From Antedon mediterranea (taxonomy: Eukaryota > Animalia > Echinodermata): DNA of 64,000 nt. Of the stretch, positions 36,603-51,000 are shown one piece after another. Location: the NCBI RefSeq assembly GCF_964355755.1, contig NC_092674.1, positions 26,474,001-26,538,000 of the forward strand, given 5' to 3'. The notes beneath the pieces were generated by a model. It did no database searches. It saw nothing but the letters and a program-made list of their open reading frames with translations, and was not told the DNA's origin. The translations under genes and the position numbers were made by a program. How positions within the stretch are numbered: position 1 is the first letter of the stretch; every line of letters starts with the position of its first letter.

Positions 36603-39600
36603 TAGCAGGGTTGCTAACTTCCATTTTTTATGAAGATTGTGCATTTTGTGACAAAAGCACCAATTTTGGCACAAACCTTCTTTAGGGTATATCTAACAAT
36701 CCTAGAAGGGGTGCCCAAAAATCGGAACAATTTAACGACGTCATTTGGACCACGCCCTTTTTTGAGTATTACGTAATTAGGTGAAAACTTAAATCTTAGT
36801 ATATACATACCAAGTTTGGTATCAAATTAAAACTCATGACATGTACATTGCAATACACACATAGCAAATATATGATTTCTCTTCAGACGGAATATATAGG
36901 TCAAATAATGTAATTTTCTGTCATATTGAAGGGAATTTCAATCAAAACGCGCCAATATTGGGCTATGTTATGAACATTGTAGTTATAAGAACAACAACAT
37001 TCATTTTTGTAATAGAACTACAGTACTAAAATATATTTATCCTGTATCAGTTACTTTCCTTTAACATAATATTAGGAACCACCGAAAAAAAGTATATAAA
37101 ACATATACTGTATCAAACTTGGCTCAATAATCACTGGACTAAGTAAACAGACAAAAGACCATTTGACTGACAATTATGGCGTTAGCATCCATAACAATAC
37201 ATGGAGGTGATTTTCAACTTTACTTTTATGAAATTATTTATCTGGAAACAAACACTTATAATGGTACAGAGTTGCTAGATGACGAACAAGTTCCACGGCA
37301 TGGGTAACAAAGACCAGTGCAAAAAAGACCTGCTGAACGGCACTTGCAGTTCCCTGAGCAATGCAGGCAACCAATTCCTCGATAATTGTTCAGAACTTCT
37401 GGTCTTGGATGCTCGAGATTGTGCCAATGAAAGTGCAGTAGTGACAGTTCGTACAATTCAGGATGTAGGTACTACCCAGTACAAACAATATTTCAAGGAA
37501 GTTATTCTCAACAGAAGTGTTGCAATTCAACAAGCCATCAAACAGAATAAGCTGCCGTTGTTCAACACACCATGGTCAAAATCAGTGTCCAAAACAAAGC
37601 AACAAGTTAAGAGTTTAAAAAGTGACTGCAGCCTATTCAGTCGACTGTATATTGCAAGTCAATCTAGTGATGGAGATTTGGAAGACATCTTCATGCATGA
37701 AAACCAGCCATGGCAACCCTCTGGCAGTAAATGGAAAGCTTCGACTACCAACTAAGAAGTCTGAGTTGCTACAGCATTTGGAGACTGAAGGCCAGCCTGA
37801 ACCTCTTACATATTTTGACGTAAAGGTGTTTGACAGAGCTGCTATTGTCCATGCCCTTTCCAGCACCCATGCATTTACATTTGATGACTACGGTGATAAG
37901 GTGAGTACATTTCTTTGCATTCAGGATTGTATCTATTGTTTAACCACCACATAATTGGTCACTTCTATATGCGGATCGTTATTCTTGTATCATTTGTATG
38001 ACAGGTCTTTCTACCGTGGACCAGACAGCAGCTGCAGAATAGTAACAGAATTGATATAGTGGGGGACACTTACAGAACAGATAGTCTTAAGCAGTCTACA
38101 GGAGAAAAAAGAGGAAAAGGGGTCAAGAGGAAAGTTGGGGGACAAACAAAGATTCCAGGGAATTTTCCAGAATTTCTGAAAGATCCAGTAAATAAAGAGG
38201 AGTTATTTAACTTTTTAACTACAAAGGTGTCTACCCATGATTACTCTGACTGCAAAGAAGTTTACATTACATCAGGTAAGTTTTATTATGATACATACTC
38301 ATTTATTTTGTTTGTAACCAAACGATTAAGTTACTTATACAGTTTCATACCAATAATTAATTAAAAAGGCATATTAAATTAGTAAGTAATTCTTGATATA
38401 TGTCCTGTAGGCGAGTCTGTTGTATGTTGACATCTACTCAACCTATGTCAATCTGCGACCATGAAGAGGCCGACTCCAGGATGTGCATTCACATTGATGA
38501 TGCCTTAAAGAAAGGTAGCAGGGTTATTTTGGTGCGTACAGTTGATACTGATGTCGTCGTTATCCTGGTTGGTATTTTCTGCAATCTAATAGCCTGTTAT
38601 CTTGGTACGTGTATCTGGGTCGCATTTGGCATGCGTAAGCACTTCCAATATTTTAATATAAATACCATCTGCCATAACCTAGGAGAGGATAAGTCAAGAG
38701 GGCTGCCAGTTTTTCATGCATTTACTGGGTCCGATACTACATCCCAGTTCTTCGGAAAATCAAAACACTCCGCATGGGAGACGTGGAACTCATTTCCAGC
38801 AGTCACAGAAGCCTTTCTTTTCATGGCACATCACCCTTTCAAATCTCTAGGAGTCAACTCATCTCAATTCCAGTTGCTAGATGAGTTTACATGTCATCTA
38901 TACGACAAGACAAGTACTTTAAGAAGTGTTACTAAGCTAAGACAAGATCTTTTTTCAAGAAAGGCACGGACAATGGACAACATTCCTCCTACACAGGTAA
39001 GGGGAGCTTCCATATAATTGTCAATTGTCGTTTAATAATTTATTATCAGATTCATGTTTTTCTTTCATTAAAAGGTAACACCAATCTTTAAATTGTTTAT
39101 TGCAGGATGCACTTTTACAGCATTCCAACAGATCCATATACCAAGCAAGCATTTGGACCACCAGTCTACAGCCACAGCAGAATGCTCCATCACCAGAAGA
39201 CTTTGGTTGGACTAAAACCGGCAGTACATGGACACCAGTCTGGACAATACTACCTGAAGCATCCAAGGCATGTAGGGAATTGCTAAAGTGTGGCTGCAAA
39301 AAGTTGCCTTTTTGCTCAGGGAACTGCAAGTGTCGTTCAGCAGTGCACTGGTCTTGTTACCCATGCCGTGGAACTTGTTCGTCATCTAGCAACTCTGTAC
39401 CATTATAAGCGTTTGTTTCCAGATAAATAATTTCATAAAAGTAAGGTTGATAATCACCTCCATGTATTGTTATGGTTGCTAACGCCATAATTGTCAGTCA
39501 AATGGTCTTTTGTCGGTTTACTAATAGTCCAGTGGTTATTGAGCCAAGTTTGATACAGTATATGTTTTATATACCTTTTTTCAGTGGTTCCTAATATTAT

Positions 39601-40045
39601 GTTAAAGGAAAGTAACTGGTACATGATAAATATACATTAGTACTATTACAAAAATGAATGTTGTTGTTCTTATAACTACAATGCTCATAACATAGCACAA
39701 TATTGGCACGTTTTGATTGAAATACCCTTCAATATGACAGAAAATTACATTATTTGACCTATATATTCCGTCTGAAGAGAAATCATATATTGTTTATGTG
39801 TGTATTGCAATGTACATGTCATGAGTTTTTATTTGATACCAAACTTGGTATGTATATACGAAGATTTAAGTTTTCACCTAATTACGTAATACTAAAAAAA
39901 GGGCGTGGTCCAAATGACGTCGTTAAATTGTTCCGATTTTTGGGCACCCCTTCTAGGATTGTTAGATATACCCTAAAGAAGGTTTGTGCCAAATTTGGTG
40001 CTTTTGTCACAAAGTGCACAAAAAAAGTGCTAAGTTACCCTGCTA
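36603..40045 (+). mobile_element. Academ (AcademX-type) DNA transposon, internally deleted and rearranged, with ~750-bp inverted arms
   Basis: Termini TAGCAGGGT...ACCCTGCTA with a 3-bp TSD CTA (36600-36602, 40046-40048). Arms 36603-37371 and 39303-40045 are inverted copies. TAG/CTA ends, a 3-bp TSD, and XPG plus Cys-finger domains are the described Academ features. Confidence 0.88.
37366..39408 (+). pseudogene. C-terminal part of the Academ protein (XPG/PIN-like nuclease + CXC-like Cys-rich finger), 4 exons: 37366-37900, 38005-38275, 38411-38996, 39106-39408
   Basis: Motifs RIDIVGDTY, HEEADSRM, VRTVDTDVVVIL, FHAFTGSDTTSQFFGK and CGCKK..CSGNCKC. GT-AG introns. Frameshifts near 37720 and 38425, and the N-terminal transposase part is missing. 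Confidence 0.85.
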
Positions 40046-43000
40046 CTATTTTAAGACCTGAAAATATCAGTCTTATGAATAGCGCCCTCTATTAATATTT
40101 ACGTAAAACTGTGCCGAATCGTTCCGCTGCCGTTCGTACCTTCAAGAAAAATAAAGAGAAAGAGAGAATAATAATTGTGGTTCAACATCCTAACATTTGG
40201 TTTAATTGACTTTAGATTTCAAATTGAAGACAAACATAATAATTCGTTATTACTAAATGGTGTTTTTGACGTATATTCATTGCACGAATGACGTAATCGC
40301 TCTGCCGTTGACTTTTTGATTACGTAATAGATTTTGTTAATTGCAAATAGATGGGTTTAGTATTAATACTTGTTAGTTGTGAGATTATATAGAAAAGTCA
40401 CTCATGTTGTATTATTGTTATCCTAATATCCTTACACGTGCTGAGTTCTGACTTATTGCTAAAACCGGTATTTTTTTTTTCCAAGGCTCCGTGCAGGCAT
40501 CCTACTTTGCGTAAGCTTTTAAAAGCAAAATAAATGTCTTATGAATTGAAAACTGAACGAAAAGTAAATGGGACTTCAATTGATAACTGCTATATTTGAA
40601 TACTTACGTTTTAGTAGACATATTAGTGCGTCGAGTGCTAAGTGTGATCGTAAAAAAACAAGTAGATCTAAAAACGTACAGCCAAAGTATGGAAGATAAG
40701 ATTGTTTTGAAAATCGTCAAGTTATCAATGGTTCTTAAACGTTTGATGGAAACACGGATTTTATTTCAAGATGTTGACGATTTCAAGTATGCTATAAAAG
40801 AATCCATTATCGCGAATATGATATTCCGGCGCAAAAATTATGAATATTGTTCATATTTTGCGATGCTCAAATGTAATTTAGAGAGATAAACTCTCGTCCA
40901 ATCAGAACTGGGAATATTATCCCTCAGGCAGGTTGCTACTCAGCGATGCGTATTGTTACACAAAAATCCCGCTGAGTGAAGAGCACAGTATTTACATTGT
41001 GGTGGCTAACCAAAAGGATTTCATAGAAACTTAGCCTAGATGTTCAGCTTTTATCCGCTGAGTGATTGTAAGAAAACATCATGATGACTATTTCGACGGA
41101 AATGTAGTAATAGATGTGGATGTATTAGCTGCGTTGCTTCTTTTTATTGGATTCATAAACCAGGCCGGACCAGCAGGAGCATTATGTCATCGTTTGTACG
41201 AAGTTTTAGCCTGCGTGAGCGCCGATCCAAGTCGAGCACATGGGACCGGTTAATAAACAGAAACAGAAACAGACGGTTAATAGGTTTGTGCTTTTTATTA
41301 CGTTTTCATAATTCATTTAAAAAAAAAGAATAATAAAATAATAACCACAGATCTTCCAGAAGTTGTAGGTGACAATGGTGTTTATTATTGTTTACTTTGC
41401 GTCCGATTTCTAGACCAATTTAGGGTGACCTATTTTTTAAGGCAAATTAATTGGGTCATCGTCTGATTATACCTCCCTGGTCTGATGTACCCGAGTGACG
41501 TCACTTAGTAGTGTAGGGTATTGGCACAACCAATGTTAAACCTGATTTTGTTTTTTTGAAACTTAATTAAAACATGCTTAAAAGAAAGAATTTTAAAGAT
41601 ACAAACATTTAATTGAAAATACTTAATCGTGTGTATATACTGTATATAATAACTTTATAGGCCTGTAACATTATAGAGAAATGGTTGTACTTTCATTCAG
41701 TTTAGTTTTAAATAAATCTTAATTTATCTCGCATAAGAATTCCAAAACTATAATGCTCTTACCGTAATTGTGACTGTCATTTACACATCAAAACCAAGCC
41801 GATTACCAGTTCCTGTTCTCCTTTCAGTCGCGGCACGTTCAGCTACTCATTGAGGGGTGACTCGCGTCGTGCATCACTCACTATTAATGTTCTGGTTGGA
41901 CATCATTGATCTGTCAATGTTTTAATGTTGTTTTATAAGCTAAAACGAAGTGTTTTAAATTGCGTCAATAACATTTCTTAATCGTTCGTCTTGGGAACAT
42001 GGTTATCTGTACAGACTGTCAATGTAATCAAAACAAAGCTTACTTTAATACAAAATCCTTTTTTTTTATGTAACAGGACTTTCAAATATTATATTCTTAT
42101 TCATTCAAATTCATCTAGTTATATTATTCTCGACAAAAATATCTTCATTAATTAATGCCCCTCCCCAAACCACACTCCTTTCCTCTAAATCACAGTATCC
42201 TCCATCCCCTGGGGTGGTTATAAAATTTAGTTTTTAAACCATTCCCAATACAATTATGCTTAATTTGGTATGCCAGTACAATTCTAGATATGTAACTATC
42301 AACAATTTGTATAACAAATGAACAACCTCTCTCTCTCTGTCTTATAATAAAATATATTACAATAAATTGTATAAAGAAAACATTTTTTAAAGTCTGCCTC
42401 CAATTTTATTTGGTACATTTTTTACGATAAATAATTATTATTGATTATTTGCTGGTATTCAATTTAATGCTAAATAATTATGAATTTCACCTTGTTCATT
42501 AACCTACACTGAAATCTGCAACGCTAGACTTAATCAGTGTTTTAAAGAATAATTTTAATATTTAACACATCTTTTAAAAAGTAGTTGCCTGAAATATAAC
42601 CTTTGACCTTGAATATAATCAGGCTGGCAAGTACTTTATCCTGGATAATATGTTAAGCCATTTCATATACCACTATACCTGGCATACAAGGCTAAATCTG
42701 TGAATAACTAGTGTACAGGTTACCCTCCATTTAAAGACCATGTTTTAGAATTACTCGTGTTTAATCCCTATTTTTAAAAAATATTTCAAAATAAAGAAAA
42801 TTTTCATTTGGAAAAACTAATTATAGTTGAAATGCTAAATGGCAAACCTTGATCATAAAATTATCATTTAAATATAAACTATAAAGGTATATGACAGAGT
42901 TTTTATGATTACAATTCATTATGATATGATTAATAATTATGTTTTTGTCCTGAAATAGCATACAAAATGAAAGAAAACCAACATATTAAATAAGTTTATA

Positions 43001-44918
43001 ATAAAACATTTTCTTAAATAATAGTTAAGTGAATGCATGAATTACATGATTAAAAAAAATAAAAAAATTAATATTGTATCCTTGGATTACTTTGTTTTTA
43101 TTTGGAGTAGTTAATAAAAAAAAACATCATTCTAGTTTTATTTGTTTTGTTCAATTTCCAGGTAAAATAAACAGTACATATTGGGGAAAATATGGGAAAA
43201 ACATAAGAAGTATTTAATTCACAGAACTGTCAAGTTTGTCAAGTGACTTCTCAAACTATAAATAGATATATTTGATCTCTTTTTTAAAACAGAGAAAAAA
43301 AAACCTGAATTTAAATTACCAAATGCATAGTTATTAACATTCTAACAAAAACACAATTTTGAAACAAACATATTATTAGATGCAAATGTTATCATCATAA
43401 ATTCTAGTTCATCTCATTTCATAGTGATTACTTTAGCCATTAATGGCCTATGATAAGATTTGGTATGATCACTAGAGTAGCAAGCTACTGATCTATCACT
43501 TAATCCTTCACTTAATCCATTTCCTAAGCCATCCTTAATCCATTCAACACAGGACAGTCACATAAAGCCAGTAAATGCATGTTGCTGTGTAACTTGGCCA
43601 TAATGCATACAGGCAATGACAATTTCCAACTTACTCTTATCTGGAAAATTTATAATTTTAGTAGAAATAATGTATTTTTTAAACTTAAATTGATTCATGA
43701 AATTGATAGTTTTAGAATATGACAATTTATAGATTCTATAAAAGAATACTTCTTTAAAAAATAAGAATAAAATTGTTATTTTTGGGGTTTTTTCCCCCAA
43801 ACTGAGTGATCAATTTGTTAGGGTTAGGCCAAAAGTATCATTTCAAAATGGCAAATTTTTACCCTTTAATCGGGAAAAGAAAATCATTTTCACAAAACAA
43901 CAAAACATTTGTCTACAAATAATATTAAGCTGGTATTTTGTAAACATCCATACAGCAATTATTCATAAATAAAGCAGAATTTGTCCTCCCTCCAGCAATG
44001 CTGGTGGTATTGAATTGTTCACTGAACGGTGGAGAACCTTCGGTTTGGTTCAATTTTACTATTGATTTTAAGTTCGGCTTGAGTACATGCTTCATAAATT
44101 GAGTATAGATGACATTTGTTCTCTGTGCAGTGGTCCATGTGAATGTTAAAATGTTTCATATTTATGCTATAATGTTTATTTATTAAAAATTTTTTTTTTA
44201 AACCAACTTATTGAACTTTGCATTTAATCTTTTGGTAAATTTTTTGTTTAAATGTTATAAATGTTTCAAAATATTCTTCTTTAAATATCCTTAATACAAA
44301 AAAATATAAATTTTTGTTAAACATAACAGTAATCCTGTATTAAAAGCACCAACATATGTCTCTCCCAATTGTCAGAATTAAAAAACGACTTTGTGGTTGT
44401 ATCATACAGTATAGTAAGTAGGCTACACAGACAATTGTAAAGTGTGTGTAAAACAATGTCATGTAGTCACTTAATATTTGCCGGGTTTCACCAATCTCCA
44501 ACTGCCGTACTGTCGCCCTCGACTTATCGCAAACAATGTACTCTCCTAGATGGTCCTGTTTTACAGCGTTACTTAAAGTATGTACATACAATATTTACAC
44601 AAAAGAAGTTACCCACAGTACTAAACATACTTTAAGCTCATCTTGAGTAAGATTCCAACCCTGGATCTACATACCAAACTTTTCAAAATGATAGTTGAAC
44701 CCCATACTTGAACACTCCCTGCAAAGGTTGGTGCCACAGCATTCAATATTAAACAAACTTTCTAATCAAATTGACCCAGATATTATCAGTAATCGTATTT
44801 ACTTGGGATCGTTACTGTTTATAGGTCAAGCTTAACAGAGACATTTTTTAGTTTGTTCACGTATTTAGCGAATATTTATATACCTGAATTCAATGTATAT
44901 AACTGGTCGGACGTCAGA

Positions 44919-45096
44919 ATGGCCGAACCGGTAACGCCAGTAGAGTTAAAACGTTTACAAGATTTATTTGAATCTCTGGATATTTTACAAGAAATTGAAG
45001 ACTTGGATTTATTAAATAATTCTCCTAAAACTCTTCAAGCTGATAGCCAACCAGGTTTCAGAATACCAACTCTTTGCTTGTTGAATATTAACGAAC
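44919..45096 (+). CDS. Candidate first coding exon of an unidentified gene (MAEPVTPVELKRLQDLFESLDILQEIEDLDLL...)
   Basis: Good Kozak context AGAATGG, 59 open codons with amphipathic-helix-like composition, ending at a canonical GTAAGT donor. No downstream exon was found in the window. Confidence 0.45.
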
Positions 45097-46557
45097 GTAA
45101 GTGAGATGGCCTATTCAATCAATGAAGTTTAGCATTTCCATAATTAATAATCAAAATGATTTACTGTATTGAAAATGTTCCTTGTAGTACTGCAAAGTAG
45201 TTTTGGCTTTAATTTAGGGGCTAAGTACTGTACATGTGATGTTCCTTGTGGTACATAGCTTTACCTTTGATAAGGAGCTAATTATAAAGTCCATTCTTTA
45301 CTCTTTAACTATACAGAATATGTATACACGGTAAAAACTTATTAAAACTTTAATTTGTTATGCTTTCTACAGTACTTATTTTGAAAATTGGTATTTCCCA
45401 AAATTTCTAAGATTTTACTTTTCTTTCCTTTTTTGCTGTTAATAATAATATTGATAATTTTTTTTTTCAATTTCTAATGTTTCCTTTTATTGCCTTTCGG
45501 AAAAATATGATTTTTCTTTTCTACGAATAGACTTGAATATCCTTCTAGAAATGGCTGGCAAAAGAAACATTGATTTACCGTGCAATGACGTAATACTGGA
45601 TATATTATTAATGAAATGTATTGGATATCAAATTTCTGATGTACTTATAGTACACTTAAGAAGTTCATGGTCATGTTGTACAAATGATACTAAAGCTTTG
45701 TCTACACTATCAAACTAGTTTGATAAAAAAGCCCAAATATGATAGTGATATGCTCAAATATGTTAGTGATATGACATCATTATGTCCATATATGGGCACA
45801 TCACATTCTTTTGTCACATAAAGTTTGATAGTGTAGACAGAGCTTTAGTCTATGGTATTACATTACATTAGACCTATCACATAAGTGCGCCTATTACATC
45901 ACTGGCTCCATTTAGTCATTTCCATCGGTTTGTTAATTAATATAATTTGATTACCCTTGTTGTTATCTTCACTCTGTAATGCTATTATTATTTTTAACAT
46001 GGGTTCATGTTTTATCCCCTAAAGAGACTTCTCAAGTATCAGTTACTGTCAGTAAGTTTAATTAATTCAGTTTAAAGAATACTGTAGGAATATTCAATGT
46101 CCACCATATTTCGTTTGATTGGGTTGGAGGATTTTTATTTGTATACTGTATCATTTCAAAGATTTAATTGCTTTTCTAAGAACAACTAATAATATTAAGA
46201 AACAGTAGAAGATTTAATTGCTATAAAAGCCACAACCATAGACTTCTTTAGGTTATATTTTAACGAAGGAAGATTGGAAAGACATTTAAATAAAGTGCTT
46301 CAGCTTATAATAAATTACATAATTGATTTTCTTTTCAAATGCTTTTCGGAAAAAATATTTGAATGTTTAAATTTAACATACTTAGTTGTAAAACAGTTGA
46401 TGAGGCATACTGTACACTAGAAAGTGTAGTACAAAAAAAATCTTGTTATGCTTGGTTCCCACTAGGACGCAAAGCACAAAGGAATAAGCACAATGATTTA
46501 ACCAATCATAAGCAATACATTATTCAAACTGCTGCTTGTCATTGGTCTTGTGTCTAA

Positions 46558-46705
46558 AGGCCAATTTACATAGACGAGCTGTAGGCTAACGGTAATAAGA
46601 ATATAGAATCTATAATATTCCTTATGACCAATTACATACAACGGAGAGCGGACAAGCTACGCGGTATTCCTCTTACCGTTATCGCTCGTCTGTGAAAATC
46701 GGCCT
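46558..46705. mobile_element. Harbinger-type MITE nested in a family B MITE
   Basis: TIR AGGCCAATTTACATAGACGAGC / GCTCGTCTGTGAAAATCGGCCT with a TAA duplication. Confidence 0.75.
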
Positions 46706-46951
46706 TAAGTCTTTGCATTGCGTTTCTAGTGACAACCACATTGTATTGTATATTCTTTATTTCAACATAAGTTTAAGTAACATATTTTAGTTTATTTTAT
46801 TTATTTAAAGTTTACAAGTGTTTATTGTGCCAATGGCTATTGATGCCAATTTACATCAATAGGTCACATTTTTAACACTCCATGTTTATTTTGAGAGAGT
46901 AATACTGTAAAGGTTTTGATAAAATAGTTATTTATTAAGACAATTAAACTA

Positions 46952-47276
46952 CATTAGAACTGCTCTTTAATGGGACATTTTTGTTCAGGGGACACCCCTA
47001 TTAGGGGAACACTTTTTTATGAAGCAATGAAGTGGCAATACATTAGATGTTTTACCACTATGGCCAAATCCCTATTCAGGGGACATTCCAATTAAGGGGA
47101 CACTTTGTTGGGTGTCCCTGTAGCTCTGTCTACACTATCAAACTTTATGACAACAAAATGTTATGTGCCCATATATGGACATGATGATGTCATATCACTA
47201 CCAAATTTGGGCACATCACACTTTTTTTGTCAAACTAGGTTGATAGTGTAGACAGAGCTTTATATGTGTTCTACTG
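46952..47276. mobile_element. Tc1/mariner(pogo)-type MITE containing a nested family A MITE
   Basis: TA-CATTAGAAC...GTTCTACTG-TA termini and internal GGGGACAC repeats. Confidence 0.6.
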
Positions 47277-49400
47277 TATTGTTAGTCATTTATTGTTAGT
47301 TTTAGCCATGTTTTTTGGTCAATTTAGCAACAATTGACCAAATTTAGTCCTTTGTGGTTGAAGCTATATCTCCCATATAAACACTCGGTTAATGTTTAAA
47401 AATTCTAATAAAAAAGATGGTATCTAACTACTGACAAATATTGGCAGCATCTGGCTTCTATCCTATTGGCAGCTAGATAGACATTTTAATGGTGAATCAC
47501 AGTAGACAGTAATATGTTAAATCGTTTATTAAAGCCAAATTTCTCGGAAAGACATTCATTGAAGGATGATAGTGTCGCCAATCACCTTTATAGCAATAGA
47601 AACCATGACTGGAAGTTTGACTAAGTTGTAATAGCTAATTGTTGGACATTGAGTTTATAATTCAGTGAGTGACTGTCTGTCTGTTGGTCCCTTTTGCTAC
47701 AATTTGTGTACATTCAGTGGCTATGAGTGCTCACTGGCTAAACCCAAATGTCACGGAACTTACAGGGACTACTGAGCAGGGCCCAACAGGCATTAAAATA
47801 TATTCGAAAAAGGCTAAAATTGCCCAAGGCCTCCAGCGTTGGAGGGCCACTTTGGTCACTTTGGTCTCCTACAGTAAGTTAAACCACTACGCATATTTCA
47901 TTATTTATGTACTTTTGAGTAAACAGCAGAAAAAAATCTCCGTAGAAACCTTAGTGGTTTCCTGTAATTACAATTTATATAATATTAATTTTTTAAAACC
48001 CAATTTCCATCTTTATACCTATAACAATATATACTTTATAACAATTTTGATCTTTTTCCGTTGAATTTTCTGAAACAAATAAAAATAATGAAAAGAAAAA
48101 TTGTTATTTAAAATAGCTTTTTATCTCCATTTTAGCTCAAATTATGATAAAAACCGATCTTTTATAATAAAAGTATCTGTGGGCATCTTAGGGAACCCAA
48201 GACTGAAGAGACTTCAAGCATTACTTTGGCGCTCTAACATCCACTGTTTAAACAACAAACAACAAATTTACACAAGTTTGACTCTACAATTTGATACCTG
48301 TTTAAATTCCGGAACAAAAAGGATTATTTTGAAAATGGCAAACACTTAAACTTTATAAATCGGACAATAGTGCAAAAGCACTGCTGGCCTATAACTGACT
48401 GTAAATAGATTTCCCTTGTTTCCTAAAGGTATTAAATTTAACACTTTACAGTTAACCACAATTGTGAAAGTGTCAGGTGAGGATTAGCTGAGAATTGTTG
48501 CATTTTAGCTCATTTAAATCTATACCTGTTGAAAAGAAATGTGAAAAGAAAGCACACAACAGTGTTTACATTTCTTTAGGACAAATTTAAATATTCGCAC
48601 TTTTTATCCATAACCTCATTTCCAAAGGTTAAGTCGTAGCCTACATAATACAGTATATTTTGTGTTTGTCTATTTCGTGTCTAGCTTACCTGGATAAACC
48701 AACATCAGCCTCTTTTTCCCTGAAGAGAAGAATACTGTACATTCACATATCATACCTCCCTCAGATAATGGTATAGTCCTTTGGATCAGATGTAACTTCA
48801 TTGGTTCTCATGTGTACACTGCTTTTTTTTACAGAACTTTGTCTGCTGTGGGTCTATAGAGAGCCAAAAATCCAAATTTCATCAGATTCCAGTTTACAAT
48901 TAATTTTGCCAACTTTTGTTTGATAATTTTATTGCATAAGCACACCTCTGAGGATTAACATCTGGGTAACAAAGATTAAATAAAACAGATAATAATTTAG
49001 CACCATTTTGGTTACTTTTATTACAAGTGTTCCTAGATTAATATATTGGAAATTGACTGTCAAACACAATTTATACTCTCATCAAAATGGTTATAATTAT
49101 GTTAACTTGTAACAAAGAAAATATGTCAGATTTCATCCTTATGATCTGTTAACATATTTGTATGAGCAGATGGAGTATGAGCTGGTTGATTTACGATATT
49201 ATGGTTAAGTGATCTAGTTTCCGATCAATGCAAATCACAAAGTAGAATTGAGATATTATACCGGAAATTTCTTTGTGTATACATGCTGTTGTTGATCCCT
49301 ATATGAAATAAACTGTGTGTCAGTTATTGTGTAATATTTATATTGTGAGTGATAGTATCCAACCTTCTTCTACCTATTACCCCTAATCACCATTGTTTGG

Positions 49401-49910
49401 CCCTATATCGTATGTATGGCCATGGATGCAAAGGGAACCTTATACTGTAGATTTTTTTTTTTTTTATCATAATCAATATAATAGAGTTTATGAAGAAAAT
49501 TTTCAGAATATAAAAAAAAGGATGGAAAATGGAGAAAATAAAACCTTTTTTTGTATTCTTATCAGCACATTCAATAAATTATAAAAAATTCATTGTACTT
49601 TCAGGTAATAATCTCGGAAAATCTTTCAAATACATATTTGGACAGGTTAGACCCTGTATCATATACAGTATTTTGCCTTGGATGCAAAGGGAAACTTATT
49701 GATGATTTTTATCATAATCAATAAACAGCATGAGTTTATGGAGAATGTGAACAAAAATGTAAAAAAAACGAAAAAAATAACACTTTTTCTGTTACTTATC
49801 AGCACAATAATAAGTTATAAAAGATTCATTGTACTTTCAAGTAATAACAAAGTTTAGTTTGTTTTGAAATTTATCTCAAATATTTAGTCTTTCAAATAGA
49901 TATTTGAACA
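49401..49910. repeat. Degenerate ~250-bp tandem duplication
   Basis: TGGATGCAAAGGGAA, TATCAGCACA, TTCATTGTACTTTCA and TCTTTCAAATA each occur twice in the same order. Confidence 0.75.
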
Positions 49911-51000
49911 AAGAAAAATTATCTGTATTGTTATATAGGTTAGAGCGAATGAACTATCGTTAATCTTGGTGTGGATGCTAGCGTCAAAAGAAACATGGGA
50001 TTTATATTTACTGCTTTTATTTGGACGTACTTTTCTAAAATTTGGGAATTTGTTGCTCTTTGTTCCATCAGAATCGAATAGTAGAGAGATAATTTGCGAT
50101 AAGTGGCTGTCTATAAAGTTGAATAGATTGCAAAATTTCTCTTGTTGATGGCTTATTATGTCTACTAAATTTTAAATTGATGGAACCTTGTATTTCTAAG
50201 TTGCCAATCAAATCTCATTTTAATTTTCATTTTCAATTTAACTTTTTAAATGCGACAGTGATGTGGAAATTGTAAGATAATATAATTTTATCATATTAAA
50301 TACATCTACAGGACAGAATAATAGATTCTACAGATCTGACAACTGATAAATTTTCTACTCAAATTCTAAAATGTACTATAATAATCTTGCACTTTTTATT
50401 GACAATGTGTTAAAAATGACATGTTTTGACAAAGTAATATAGATTCTACAAATTAAGAGACGTATACAACTTCAAAATAAAATTTAAGGACAAAAAAAGA
50501 TTAACATTTTGGAACCATCATTGAACTATTCTCAAGAACAAATGAGTAAAATTGACAACTAAACAAAATACAAAGTACGACAGAAGAAACAATTAGCATA
50601 GATTTTGATGACAATTAAATTTGTGTCTGCCGAAGTATATTTTGTCTTTTATGTGAAATCCAGATAGAGGCATACATATAAAAAATGTTACAATTAGTAT
50701 TGAACCTAACCTCATGTGGCACCATCCCAAAATACTTTTTAGCATTAGACTATAAGTTTAAATCAATCTCATCTTTATAGACACAAAATATCTATGTATT
50801 TTTTTTGCATTGTGCCCTCTAGTGGCCAACTCTGTTTACAGTAAGTACTATTAAGAACAGCCAACCCATTAAAATACCTTGTTAATATTTGTTGATAAAT
50901 CTATAGTAATAAAAATAAATTGTCTATAATATATATTGTTTTTCAAATAATTTTTCTGACTATAGGATATAGTAGTAACCGTCATATTAAAAATGACCAT

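Noticed and set aside
39754-40095. 113-aa ORF and its mirror at 36614-36808
   Set aside because: Both lie within the Academ terminal inverted repeats and show no protein features.
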